A DNA stretch of 64,000 nucleotides, from assembly GCA_020532085.1 (NCBI GenBank), contig JAJBAV010000013.1, forward strand, positions 5,565 to 69,564, given 5' to 3'. Positions 8,301 to 17,459 of this stretch are shown here, in pieces. Under the pieces are notes generated by a model. The model was not told where the DNA came from. It made no database searches and was given only the letters and a program-made list of their open reading frames with translations. Made by a program: the position numbers and the translations under genes. The stretch's first letter is position 1, and the number at the start of each line of letters is the position of its first letter. The stretch comes from Candidatus Cloacimonadota bacterium (GTDB lineage: Bacteria > Cloacimonadota > Cloacimonadia > Cloacimonadales > Cloacimonadaceae).

Positions 8301-10800
8301 GTCCATCGAGCGCAATCTGGCCCTGGCTAAAAGCAAGATCAGCGATTTCGGCCACTACTTCAAATTCATCAGCGAACACGAGCCCAAACTGATCGACGGC
8401 ATCGTTCCCGAGATCAATCCGCTGGTGAAAACCTATTTTTACTACCTCAGCGAGATGTCCAACCCCAAAAAGCTGCGCCGGCTGATCCGCAAAAACGCCC
8501 ACATCGACTATATCCAGATCCAGGAACAGGAGTTTTACCACAATATCCTCAGCCTGCTGGCGATGATGGAGCAGGATTTCGCAACTGCCTTGAACGAACT
8601 GAAGCTGGCCCTGCAATTTGCCGGGGAGATCAACAACCACTACGCGATGGCGGTTTTCAACGTGCTTCAGGCCACCTGCCACTACGGCCTGGGCGACACT
8701 TCCCGGGCGGCGGACCTGATCGCCAAAGCACGGCCGGCCATCCAGGAAAACCAATACCGCTACTGGGAGCGAAGCCTGGACCTGCTGGAACTGAAACTGC
8801 GGCTGGCCGATCCCGCCATCCCCCTGCGGGAGGTTCTGCGCGAAATCAACCGCCAGCTGGAACTGTGCCGCGGCCTGAAATACTATCATTTGGTGGAGGA
8901 ACTGCAGCAGCTGAAGATCCAGCTGCTGGTGGAACTCGGCTCCCTCAGCACAGCCGAAGAGGAATTCGCCGCCTACCGCAAATATCTGGAAACCATCACC
9001 AAGGACATCAGCGCCGATGACCGGGACAACTATCTGGAAGTGAAACAACACGGTCTTCAGGACATCGCGAAATACAAAGTGGTGCCCATCGCCTCACGCC
9101 GCAAGGACACCCGCAGCCGCTGGAACGACATGCTGTTCGACATCTCCAACGTGAACAGCCTGCAGAGGGTGAAATTCCTGATCGAGAAAGGCATCAGCCA
9201 GATCATCGCCCCTTGGCAGTTCATGCTGTTGGTGTGGTCGGAAAAACTGGGCAGCTATTACAATTTCCACAGCTACAACGCCGATCCCGAAGCCATTCTG
9301 CCCCCCGCTTTCCTGCCCTGCATCGAAAAAGCCATCCAAACTGACAATCTCGTGACCTTCGCGCATGAGGAAAAACACATCGCCATCCTGCCCCTGCTTT
9401 CCGGCAGCAAAGTGATCGGCTACCTGGTTCTCAGCGACGCCGGGGAACTGGAATTCACCCCTGGCGAACAGGCTTTGCTGAAAAACGTGAAATCCCACCT
9501 TGCCGCCATGCTGGTCCGCACCTGGGACTATCAGGAGATCAACCTGCGCATGGAAAAGATGAACCGCCTGATCGAGATCTCGCATGAACTGATGGGACTA
9601 CTGGACCTGAGCGAGCTGGAGACGGCGCTCGTGTCCGCGGCCATCGACCTGACCGGCGCCACCCGCGGCTTCCTGATCAAGAAAGACACCGACGGCAACA
9701 ACATCTTCCAGGTGCAGCTGGACCAAAACGGACAGATCCTCAGCACCGCCTTCGGAGTGAGCAAAACCGCTCTCAACCTTTGCCAGGGCAGGCAGAAAAC
9801 CGTATCGGTGTACAACGCCAAACTGGATAAAAGCTTCGAGGATTCCGTGAGCGTGCACGACTACGCCATCCAAACCATCTTCTGCAGCCCCCTGAAATTG
9901 GCTGAGGATTACACCGGCTACATCTATCTGGACAACGTGGGCGACAGCACCCGCGACATGTATCTGAACGAGGACATCATGCTGCTGCTGATGAACCTCT
10001 TCGCCAATGCCGTGAAGAATGTGCTGCAGTATTCCAGCCTGATGCGCAAGAGCGCCGAACTGAACAACCTGGAGCAACTCAAGGACGAATTCATCGGCAT
10101 CGTGACCCATGAACTGAACACCCCCATCTTCATGATGCAGGGGGCCCTCACCAAGCTGAAGCGCAGCGCGAACCTGGATGACAAACAGCGCCGCCAGATC
10201 TTCTCGGAGTTGGAGGCGGCCCTCAACAAGCTGAACCTGACTTCCTCCGACATCCAGACCATGAACCACTACAACCTGGCGAAGAAGCTGGACAAATCAC
10301 CCCTGCAGGTTTCCGACGTTCTGGAGCTCATCCACCAGCAGGTGGAGATCCTCTCCCGTGAACGCAGGATGCACATCAGGCTGGAGATCGAATCAGGCCT
10401 GCCGCCGCTCCAATCCAATTGGACAGACCTCCACCGCATGGTGTACAACATCGTGCTCAACGCCGTGCGCTTCACCCGGGAAGCCGGACTGATCACCATC
10501 GGAGCCCGCCGTTCCGCCTTCGTGCAGGAAAAGATCGACAACAAGGAAAGCCTGGTGATCTTTGTAACGGACAACGGCATGGGCATGCCCAAACATCTTA
10601 TCAATGAAGTATTCCGCAAGTTTTACGAGCTGAACGCGATCTACGCTCACAAGAGCGGAATCGTGGAATATCGCAGCAGCGGCCTGGGCCTGGGGCTTTC
10701 CATCGCCAGGCGCATAGCCGAACTGCATGGAGGCCAGATCGTGATCAAGAGCAAGGAAAACGAAGGAACCTCCGTGTTCATCATCCTACCCTTCAAATAA
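5347..10800 (+). CDS. Multidomain sensor: Ser/Thr protein kinase - P-loop ATPase - TPR - 2x GAF - histidine kinase (HisKA + HATPase_c)
   Basis: 1817 aa. Kinase motifs GTGSWANVY, TLKLF, HKDLKPENIL, DYGFS and GTLPYIAPE. P-loop IAGEGMGKD. Long TPR-like helical region and two GAF-like segments. H-box VTHELNTPI (His codon 10108-10110). N/G boxes (NAVRFT, DNGMGMP, GLGLGLSI). Confidence 0.85.
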   Translation: MMYIDHRYEVLESLGTGSWANVYKVRDVRTDNTYTLKLFQYLSSEDLYKQFRAADMHHITKIVHPNLTRVVDFGHVGDHIYFVGEYFDGATLNNFRFSKARARDLYDIIVQICYALNALHTQNIMHKDLKPENILYKKTLNGIEVKLIDYGFSRLELDQDTQYVSGTLPYIAPEIYTGKGAGYASDFYSLGVIIYRLLTGSFPFTLDQINAMRSSSRQYFSPVYPVDLNPNIPLPLQNLCIELLDRNPDSRPHQSEEIIKYINRTTDRQYKFAVSWSLVNSMQFNSYLVQERIVNDLLAYLPQVEAANGKIISLIAGEGMGKDNILSLFRYHILRGGYFIFDYTCTRNEHEAFFALIKEYLRSLSEQEIAANSALQSISEKMRRYLFMSEQAAMGVTPSEEDLRADFEFAKALLTELAETKPVIFIVRNIQHLHRHSLEFLNFFSNTVVTNRIMIVMSCTDFNQLRQIKNTVLINVPMFTPEESAAYIRKLVNGDVPDGFCQLIHHRSAGNPFLIREIMINLTLLGKIRFDGAYRFPDGLDDYTIPTRLLQSVISRVEHLSLASRKQLQKLAIVQTPISRELIRYICKVKDEEIYDLLNEAKYNEILLKRENHYHFTFAEAKTYLYDRCQPRMRDLVSRRVLKYYNRQNVTDPQTCTGIISNARIARDLVSERRYLLQLHLLHCEEHRQQEAYDAMAEVLRIDLGGELELPLEELVDDLGKFHRMIEFTGCTTEAEFVFAHQAAIPECFEKYSVLGTLILFQGDRKSALKNFEKAEKLSAGACQKSMAKLYQAQIYARTDPARVKKCLDGIALDEVSQAFQIKAATLMAAYAGRDRDFDGAARGLEQFLAELVPSQDPDAMIELASLHNTLGEIYSIQKNVAEADEHFNTALNIWNSFNIRRHLGWIHNNLADLNLKQGFTILGLNHAQQAQIFAKDRQNLLSEGRALLNQGEAMIKMGRFEEAEAKLLDARELITRIGADRYLVSIERNLALAKSKISDFGHYFKFISEHEPKLIDGIVPEINPLVKTYFYYLSEMSNPKKLRRLIRKNAHIDYIQIQEQEFYHNILSLLAMMEQDFATALNELKLALQFAGEINNHYAMAVFNVLQATCHYGLGDTSRAADLIAKARPAIQENQYRYWERSLDLLELKLRLADPAIPLREVLREINRQLELCRGLKYYHLVEELQQLKIQLLVELGSLSTAEEEFAAYRKYLETITKDISADDRDNYLEVKQHGLQDIAKYKVVPIASRRKDTRSRWNDMLFDISNVNSLQRVKFLIEKGISQIIAPWQFMLLVWSEKLGSYYNFHSYNADPEAILPPAFLPCIEKAIQTDNLVTFAHEEKHIAILPLLSGSKVIGYLVLSDAGELEFTPGEQALLKNVKSHLAAMLVRTWDYQEINLRMEKMNRLIEISHELMGLLDLSELETALVSAAIDLTGATRGFLIKKDTDGNNIFQVQLDQNGQILSTAFGVSKTALNLCQGRQKTVSVYNAKLDKSFEDSVSVHDYAIQTIFCSPLKLAEDYTGYIYLDNVGDSTRDMYLNEDIMLLLMNLFANAVKNVLQYSSLMRKSAELNNLEQLKDEFIGIVTHELNTPIFMMQGALTKLKRSANLDDKQRRQIFSELEAALNKLNLTSSDIQTMNHYNLAKKLDKSPLQVSDVLELIHQQVEILSRERRMHIRLEIESGLPPLQSNWTDLHRMVYNIVLNAVRFTREAGLITIGARRSAFVQEKIDNKESLVIFVTDNGMGMPKHLINEVFRKFYELNAIYAHKSGIVEYRSSGLGLGLSIARRIAELHGGQIVIKSKENEGTSVFIILPFK

Positions 10801-10819
10801 GCGGGACAAACCAGATATT

Positions 10820-13762
10820 ATGTGCCAACCTACATCTTCCCGGCCTCGCCCGGCAGGAACATCCTCCCTGACGCGTTTGAGCCTCATTTTGATCGTCCTG
10901 ATGCTGCTGGGCGCAGCTTTGCAGGCCCAGCCGGTGCGTGAAGACGATGACTTTGCCTACATCGTGGAACTCTATTACAGCGGCGATGCCTATCTGGACG
11001 AGGTGTCCGCGGAACTCGAGGCTTTCAGCAACCGCTATCCGGATTCCAGCTACGGCCAGTACATCCGCTATCTGCAGGGCAACATCGCCCTCAAGCGCGG
11101 AGAATATGACCTCAGCGGCCTCATCTACGCGGACCTGCTCCAACAGGACCTCCATCCGGACATATGGGCCGACATTCAGCTCAACTACGCCATCACCAGC
11201 TACTACCGCGGCGATCACACCCGGTGCCTGAAACTTCTTGACGAGCTGGAGCGCGCGGCGGTGCATCCCTGGTACCTCTACCAGGTGAATGTTTGGCGGG
11301 GCCGCACCAAAGCCCTGCAGGAGCTGTGGTTCTCCGCCGCAGAGGAATATCAGAAAGCGCTGGCCTACAACGGCGCTGAGGTCCGCTTCGATTATTTCCA
11401 GACCTTGCTGGCCCTGGAGCGCGAAGACCAAGTCACGGCGATTCTGGACACGCTTTCCATCGGCGCGCACGACTACCTCCAGTTTCACGGCGCCTGGCTG
11501 GACCAGTTGCTTTCAGATGGCCGCTACGCCGAATTCGAAGGCCACGCCGCGACCTTGGACAGCCTTGCGGCCGCCGCGCCGGTGCTCGCTTTGCTGAGGA
11601 CGCGCAAAGCCCTGGAACTGGGAGAGTCTCCGAACGACAAAACCTGGCTGGAACTGCAGGCAGCGCCTTCAGACCTGGCCACCTATTATCGCGCTCTGCT
11701 GATGCAGAGGAACGGTTACTTGTCCCGGTCCGATTCCCTGTTCAAAACCCTGCTGCATTCCCCGGAAGGGGATTTGGCCGTGCAGGCCTATCTGGAACGT
11801 TTGAAGATCCTGAGGATGACAGATCCCGCCTCAGCCATCTCGCAACTGGAAAGCTTCATGGAAGATCCCCGTTTCCGGCGCGGGGACACCCATTATTGGC
11901 TGGCGGAGTTCAAAATGGCCGAGGGAGACCATCTGGGCGCCCTCCAGAACTTCATCGAGGCCACCAATTACCGCCTGGACCACCCTACGGCGGAGCGCGC
12001 CCAGATCCTTGCCGCCCGCTGTTATTATGAAATTGGCCAGCCGGAACTCTGCGCCGATGCCTGCAACCGTTATCTGAACAAGTATCCGGATGGCAGCTAC
12101 CGCGATCTGGCGCTCTTTTTCATGGCCAGGAGCCAGGTTTTGCCCGACGCCGCCCGCCTGGCCCGGCTTAACTATGATAAGTTGCTGCGGGAGCATCCCG
12201 GTTCCGCCTGGGCTGCTGAAGCCCGCTTCGCTCTGGCGGAACTTCATTTCATGGCTTCGGAGTATTCCGCAGCCGAGGAGCTCTACCAAAGCCTGGCCGC
12301 CAGTGGAGCGGATTTCCCCGGCCTCAGGCTGCGCCTGGCCCAGACCTATTACTATCAGGACAACTACGCCGAGGCCAGCCACATCCTCGCCTCCGGCCTG
12401 GATCCCTCCACCGATTTCGAAGCCGCGCTGCTGCAGGCGGGGATCAGTTTCAGCCAAAAGGATTTTACCGCCGCCCTGGACACTTTCACCCAGGCTGGAA
12501 ACCTTGCCGCCACTCCAGCTCAGAAGACGGAAGCAATATCTTACCAAGCCTACACCCTGTTCTACCTGAAACGCTATTCCGAGGCTTCGGAACTCTTTGT
12601 GGAGCTAAGCCGCGACAGCCTCAACGCCGACATCTACCTCTACCAGGCCGCCAAAGCCGCCGCCGCCGGCAGAAACTGGGTGCGGGCCCTCGAGCTGTAC
12701 GACCGCTGGCTGGACGAATTTCCCGGATCTGACCGTTTTCTGAACGTCCTGGCCGACATCGCCAACACCAATTTCAACCTCGGCCGCTATTCCGAATCCC
12801 TTGCCGACTGGCTGAACATCCTCCGCCGCTTCACCGGCAACACCTATGTGGAAGACGAGGACAGGCCCCTTTTGGCGGAGGTCTTCACCGGCATCGAAAC
12901 CAGCTCCCGAAAACTGAATGGCGATGAGCATATCGACGAGATCTATGCAATGATCGACAGCTTCAACAGCGACTACATCAAATTCGAGCTGGAATACATC
13001 CTGGTGAAGCTCTATGCCGACGCCGAACTCTGGGAAGAGCTGCTGCTGGAGGCCTCGCGGTTCCGCTCCAGCCTCGAGCTGCCCCGCCAGCGGCAAAACG
13101 AGTTTGACCAGTTGCTGCTGCAGTCACTTATCCAGCTTAACCGGCTGGAAGAAGCGGACAGCCTGGCCACGCGCATCCAGGCGGAGGATCCCAGCCGCGG
13201 GGTGTTGGTTAGCTGGGCGGAGCTCGCGGAACTGAATGGCAGCCCGGAACTGGCCTTGGAGCGTTATCAACGCGCCTACGCCATCAGCCCGGACGCAGAC
13301 CTCTGGCTGCGGATGGTGGAACTTTCCGCCGCCAACGGCTGGCTGGAGTTTGAGCAGATCTGGGAGAACGGCCGCGAATTCCAGGCCGACCATCCCCAAA
13401 CCCTCTTGCGGCGCGTTGGCTACTTCTTCCACAACAGCCGGTTCATGGAAGCCCGGACCCTGGCGGATTCCCTGCTGGACAGCCAAACCAACCCCTGGAT
13501 CAGGGCGGTCGCGGAAACCTGGCTGGGCAGGATCAGCCTTGAAGAGGGCGATTTTCAATCCGCCCGCCGCGGATTCCAAAGGATCCGGTTGCTGTACATG
13601 GATTTCCCCGAGATCCATGCCGAGGCTTGTTATTACTACATCGTCAGCCTGGCCAAACTGGGCGAGCTGCAGGAAGCGCGGCTGGCCCTGATCGAGTACC
13701 GCCATCTGCTCAGCGGGCAGCAGGTCACCCAGATCGAGAGCCTGCTGAATGACGGCAGGTAG
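10820..13762 (+). CDS. Secreted/periplasmic TPR-repeat protein
   Basis: 980 aa. N-terminal signal-like hydrophobic segment (LILIVLMLLGAALQAQP) and repeated TPR-like A/Y/L-rich helices throughout. Confidence 0.7.
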   Translation: MCQPTSSRPRPAGTSSLTRLSLILIVLMLLGAALQAQPVREDDDFAYIVELYYSGDAYLDEVSAELEAFSNRYPDSSYGQYIRYLQGNIALKRGEYDLSGLIYADLLQQDLHPDIWADIQLNYAITSYYRGDHTRCLKLLDELERAAVHPWYLYQVNVWRGRTKALQELWFSAAEEYQKALAYNGAEVRFDYFQTLLALEREDQVTAILDTLSIGAHDYLQFHGAWLDQLLSDGRYAEFEGHAATLDSLAAAAPVLALLRTRKALELGESPNDKTWLELQAAPSDLATYYRALLMQRNGYLSRSDSLFKTLLHSPEGDLAVQAYLERLKILRMTDPASAISQLESFMEDPRFRRGDTHYWLAEFKMAEGDHLGALQNFIEATNYRLDHPTAERAQILAARCYYEIGQPELCADACNRYLNKYPDGSYRDLALFFMARSQVLPDAARLARLNYDKLLREHPGSAWAAEARFALAELHFMASEYSAAEELYQSLAASGADFPGLRLRLAQTYYYQDNYAEASHILASGLDPSTDFEAALLQAGISFSQKDFTAALDTFTQAGNLAATPAQKTEAISYQAYTLFYLKRYSEASELFVELSRDSLNADIYLYQAAKAAAAGRNWVRALELYDRWLDEFPGSDRFLNVLADIANTNFNLGRYSESLADWLNILRRFTGNTYVEDEDRPLLAEVFTGIETSSRKLNGDEHIDEIYAMIDSFNSDYIKFELEYILVKLYADAELWEELLLEASRFRSSLELPRQRQNEFDQLLLQSLIQLNRLEEADSLATRIQAEDPSRGVLVSWAELAELNGSPELALERYQRAYAISPDADLWLRMVELSAANGWLEFEQIWENGREFQADHPQTLLRRVGYFFHNSRFMEARTLADSLLDSQTNPWIRAVAETWLGRISLEEGDFQSARRGFQRIRLLYMDFPEIHAEACYYYIVSLAKLGELQEARLALIEYRHLLSGQQVTQIESLLNDGR

Positions 13763-13768
13763 GGGTTG

Positions 13769-15259
13769 ATGCGTAAGTACCTTCCATCCATGCTTGCAGC
13801 CGTGTTGCTGGCCTGCGCGCCTCTTGTGGCCCAGCCTCAGGAACTTCCCTCCGTGGAGATCCGTTCCGATGCTGCGGTCAAAGCCCCGCTGGTCAAAAAG
13901 CCCCTCCTTTTCCCCGGGGATAATCCGCCTGACAGCATCCCGCCGCGGATCCCGCCGGTTTTTTCCCTCAGGCACAAACAGGCTGCCCCGCCCCGGGGAA
14001 CCATCCGGCCGTTTCATCTGGAACTGAGCACCGGCACCGATTTCGAGACCAAGCTTGCCGCGTCCTTTTATCCGGCATCTCCGCTGATCCCCTTGCTCCG
14101 GCTGGACGCCGATCTCTGGGTACCCGGGGCAAACTTCACCCGGGGAACCCTCAACGCCGGCCTGCAAACCAATTTCGACCCCCAGTGGCGCCTCAACCAT
14201 CTGCTGTCCTGGCAGCAGGCCAGGGCTTGGAATTTTTCTTCCGAAGCCCTCTCTTACAGCCTTGCCAACCACCATGCCGGAGCCGAGCTGGCCGGCTTCA
14301 GCTTCTCCGATCTGCGCACCGGTTTGGCACTGGAAAGCGGGCAGCAAAACCTGTCCGGGGCCGCAAGTTCGGATTTCGCCCTGGGCCTCAGGCATTCCCA
14401 CCGCCTTCAGCGGCAAAACCTCCAATTCACCAACCGGCTGGTACTGCAGGACACAGCTTTCGGCCTTTCCGCCCAATATCACGCGCCCTGGCTGCAAGCT
14501 CAGCTGCCCGAACTCAAGCTGGGGCTGATGACTGATTTCATCCACGTATTGCCGGCCCTCGACTTTCACAAGCGGGTTCACCTGGGCCGGGGCAGATATC
14601 TGGAGGCCAGCAACCGCAGCGAATTTCACAATCTTGGTTTCCAGCGTCTCCGGGAGCAATACCCCTGGACGGTTCTACCCGACCGGGAACGTGTGGTGAT
14701 GACGCCCCTGAACCTTTCCCTGAGCGGCTGGCAGGCTTTCAACAACGAGGACGGCCTCTTCTATTTGCTGGGTTTCAAGCAGAACCTTCGCTTCGACTAC
14801 AATCAGCCCCAGCTCTACGTTCGCGACGTTTTGGGGCAAACCTGGCTGCGCCAGACCGACATCCTCAGCTATCGGCTGGGGGCGGAACTGAGCCTGCAGT
14901 TTTGGGGCTGGGAGATCGACCAAGACCTGAAGCTGAATCTGGAATACCTGCAGGATGACAACTGGCGCCGCAAGCCCTTCTCCCCCATCCTCAGCGCGCG
15001 CACCGAAGCGCGGCACGGCTTTGGCGAGCTCGGTTTCCTGGCCACTCTCGCCCAGCAGTACTGGCGCCGCGACGAGTTCGATCAGCCGCTGCCCGCCGTC
15101 TTTGACCTCGGTTTCGGGCTGCGCCTGCCCCTGCGGGCCGATCTGAACCTCACCGCCAGCCTGAGTAATGCGTTCAACTCGAAATCCGGGAATTTCAGCA
15201 ACCTCCCAAACCCGGGCCGAACCTTCCGGATCGCTTTCCTCTATCTGCCCCTGCGCTGA
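13769..15259 (+). CDS. Putative outer-membrane beta-barrel protein
   Basis: Signal peptide (MLAAVLLACAPLVAQP), alternating amphipathic beta-strand pattern, aromatic-rich C-terminus. Begins 4 nt after the upstream TPR gene. Confidence 0.5.
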   Translation: MRKYLPSMLAAVLLACAPLVAQPQELPSVEIRSDAAVKAPLVKKPLLFPGDNPPDSIPPRIPPVFSLRHKQAAPPRGTIRPFHLELSTGTDFETKLAASFYPASPLIPLLRLDADLWVPGANFTRGTLNAGLQTNFDPQWRLNHLLSWQQARAWNFSSEALSYSLANHHAGAELAGFSFSDLRTGLALESGQQNLSGAASSDFALGLRHSHRLQRQNLQFTNRLVLQDTAFGLSAQYHAPWLQAQLPELKLGLMTDFIHVLPALDFHKRVHLGRGRYLEASNRSEFHNLGFQRLREQYPWTVLPDRERVVMTPLNLSLSGWQAFNNEDGLFYLLGFKQNLRFDYNQPQLYVRDVLGQTWLRQTDILSYRLGAELSLQFWGWEIDQDLKLNLEYLQDDNWRRKPFSPILSARTEARHGFGELGFLATLAQQYWRRDEFDQPLPAVFDLGFGLRLPLRADLNLTASLSNAFNSKSGNFSNLPNPGRTFRIAFLYLPLR

Positions 15260-15513
15260 TGGACGGTGCTGGCCAGCTGATTGGATGGATGCCCGCGGAA
15301 AACCGATATTTTGCCGCCCCAGTCGCCCTTATCGCGCTTCCCGTTCACTTCCCATTAGCCTCCCCCTAAGTTCCCGCCTGAGAGGCGGGAACTCTGCGGG
15401 AGGCAGACAAGGGGCGATTTGGAAGGGGCTTGGGGCGGGACGTGTTTTGTACTTGACCAAATTTGAACCGAAGAAATAATGCCGATGCCCTGATAAGGCA
15501 TCTGGAGGTAAAA

Positions 15514-16281
15514 TTGCGTAAACTGGACCTGCAACAGGAACGGACCCGGATCACCGGCTTCATCCGCGCGTACCTGCAAAGCGCGGGCTTTGCCAAAGTG
15601 GTCCTGGGCCTCTCTGGCGGAGTCGATTCCGCCGTCTGCGCCGCCCTGGCCGTGGAAGCCTTGGGCAAGGAAAACGTGATCGCGGCGCTGCTGCCCTACA
15701 AGAGCAGCCATCCGGATTCCCAGGCTGACGCCAGCCATCTGGCCGGGATTTTGGGGATCGAGCACCATGTGATCGAGATCACGCCCATGGCCGACGCCTA
15801 TTTTGACACTTACGGGCCGGACGCCACCCCGCTTCGCAGGGGCAACTGGCTGGCCCGCACCCGCATGTGCGTGCTTTATGACCTCAGCGCCAAACACAAT
15901 GCCCTGGTGCTGGGGACCAGCAACCGCACAGAATTGATGGTGGGCTACTTCACCCAGTTCGGCGATTCCGCCTGCGCGTTCGAGCCCATCGGACACCTTT
16001 ACAAAACCGAGGTTTGGGCCCTGGCCAGATTGATCGGAGTTCCAGACAAGATCGTGAACAAAACCCCCACCGCCGATCTCTGGGCCGGGCAGTCCGACGA
16101 AGCCGATCTGGGGCTCACCTATCCCGTGCTGGACGATATCGTTTACGCGCTCACCGAGCTGGACGTGAACGTGGGAGCCTCGGAAAACCTGGACCACCCT
16201 GCCAAGCTGTATCACAAAGTGGACCGCATGATCACGGCCTCGGCCTTCAAACGCAAGCTGCCGCCTGTTTTGGAGGACTGA
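15514..16281 (+). CDS. nadE: NH3-dependent NAD+ synthetase
   Basis: PP-loop SGGVDSAV and a NadE-like sequence (GTSNRTELMVGYFTQFGD, PTADLW). There is no in-frame ATG. TTG at 15514 is preceded by GGAGGT; the ORF track starts at 15463. Confidence 0.85.
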   Translation: MRKLDLQQERTRITGFIRAYLQSAGFAKVVLGLSGGVDSAVCAALAVEALGKENVIAALLPYKSSHPDSQADASHLAGILGIEHHVIEITPMADAYFDTYGPDATPLRRGNWLARTRMCVLYDLSAKHNALVLGTSNRTELMVGYFTQFGDSACAFEPIGHLYKTEVWALARLIGVPDKIVNKTPTADLWAGQSDEADLGLTYPVLDDIVYALTELDVNVGASENLDHPAKLYHKVDRMITASAFKRKLPPVLED

Positions 16282-16283
16282 CC

Positions 16284-17459
16284 ATGCTGCTGAACCGCGA
16301 GCGTTGTTTCAAGTGCAAGGCCGAGCGGAGCGTGCGCAAATGCCCCCGCAACCGGGACAAGCTGATCGGCTGGACCTGCTGCCTGGAACTGAGGATCGAC
16401 CTGCGCTGCCCCTCCGCATGCCCATACAGCGCGGTGAAAAGCGAAACCAGCCCCTTTCCCTCATTCCGCGCCGATTCCAACACCGAATTCACCCGCACCG
16501 CCAAACGCCACATCGACCTCTGGGCCTATCAGCCGCTGGCGGCCTTGGACGGCCTGAGTCCGGCCGACTACGCGGCCAAAGACAAAGCCAACCTGCTGGC
16601 CTGGCTGGGTAAATTTCAGTTCCCGGCCAACTTCCCCATGGCCTATCTGCTGCAAAAACTGCAGCTGCCCCACGAGAACTTCGAGGAGCCGGAAACCCCG
16701 GAAACCGTGGTCTTCGGGTTCTTCGACGCCGTGATCGCCCAGGATTGGGACCAATTGCGCGCTTTCACCATCAACGACCGGGATGATGACGACCTGGCCA
16801 GACGCTACACCAGTCTTGTGGCCTCCGTTCCCGAGCTGAAAAAGGTGGACCGCTACGAGATCCTGCACGCCGGGGCCGCCGATGACGGCGTGAGCGCCAT
16901 GGTGGTGCTGGACCTGGGCGGAAGGTCGATCTGGGCGGTTTTGCTTACCTCAGCCGGAGGACGCTGGAGGATCCGCCAGAACCTCAACGGCGGGCCCCAC
17001 CTGTATTATGGGCAGAACAAGCTGTTTCACACCCTGGCTGAGCATCTGGCCCGGGGCGAAGCCGACGCGGCCTGGGACCTGATCAAACAGAACCTGCCCC
17101 TCTATCCCGATTGCGCCGACCTTTACTACTACCGCGCCCTTTACTGGCAACTGGCCAGGCAGTTCGACAAAGCCAGGGAGGATCTGCTCTGCGCCCTGGC
17201 CCTGGACAATCATTACTTCGCGGCCGGTTTCGCGCTCTCCGCGCTGTATCTGGCCGACAAGGAACTGGCTCCGGCGAAGGAACTGCTTGCCTGGCTGGCC
17301 GCCGAGCGTCCGGACGACCTCAATGTGCGCAACAATCTGGCTGCCTGCGAAGCCGGGCTGGGCAACGTTTCTGCCGCCCAGGCGATCTGGCGAGAACTGC
17401 TAAAAACCGCTCCCAACTATGAACCCGCGATCAAAAACCTTGAGCGTTACCCCGGCTGA
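16284..17459 (+). CDS. Cys-rich N-terminal domain + TPR-repeat protein
   Basis: ATG at 16284, 3 nt after the nadE stop. CxxC..C..C cluster at the N-terminus and TPR repeats at the C-terminus (YYYRALYWQLARQFDKAREDL...). The portion of the listed ORF upstream of 16284 overlaps nadE and is not coding. Confidence 0.6.
   Translation: MLLNRERCFKCKAERSVRKCPRNRDKLIGWTCCLELRIDLRCPSACPYSAVKSETSPFPSFRADSNTEFTRTAKRHIDLWAYQPLAALDGLSPADYAAKDKANLLAWLGKFQFPANFPMAYLLQKLQLPHENFEEPETPETVVFGFFDAVIAQDWDQLRAFTINDRDDDDLARRYTSLVASVPELKKVDRYEILHAGAADDGVSAMVVLDLGGRSIWAVLLTSAGGRWRIRQNLNGGPHLYYGQNKLFHTLAEHLARGEADAAWDLIKQNLPLYPDCADLYYYRALYWQLARQFDKAREDLLCALALDNHYFAAGFALSALYLADKELAPAKELLAWLAAERPDDLNVRNNLAACEAGLGNVSAAQAIWRELLKTAPNYEPAIKNLERYPG

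Noticed and set aside
7678-9051. 457-aa ORF antisense to the kinase gene. Similar long antisense ORFs lie at 4368-5279, 13124-14659, 37263-38231, 42916-44226, 48975-50138 and 51353-52192
   Set aside because: All lie opposite ORFs with recognisable motifs. Their Q/G/A/V/H/R-rich, motif-free translations are typical of stop-codon-poor antisense frames in high-GC DNA.
16014-16283. N-terminal extension of ORF 16014-17459 overlapping nadE
   Set aside because: It is an Arg/Gly-rich out-of-frame read-through of nadE. An ATG at 16284 sits 3 nt after the nadE stop and begins the Cys-rich domain.
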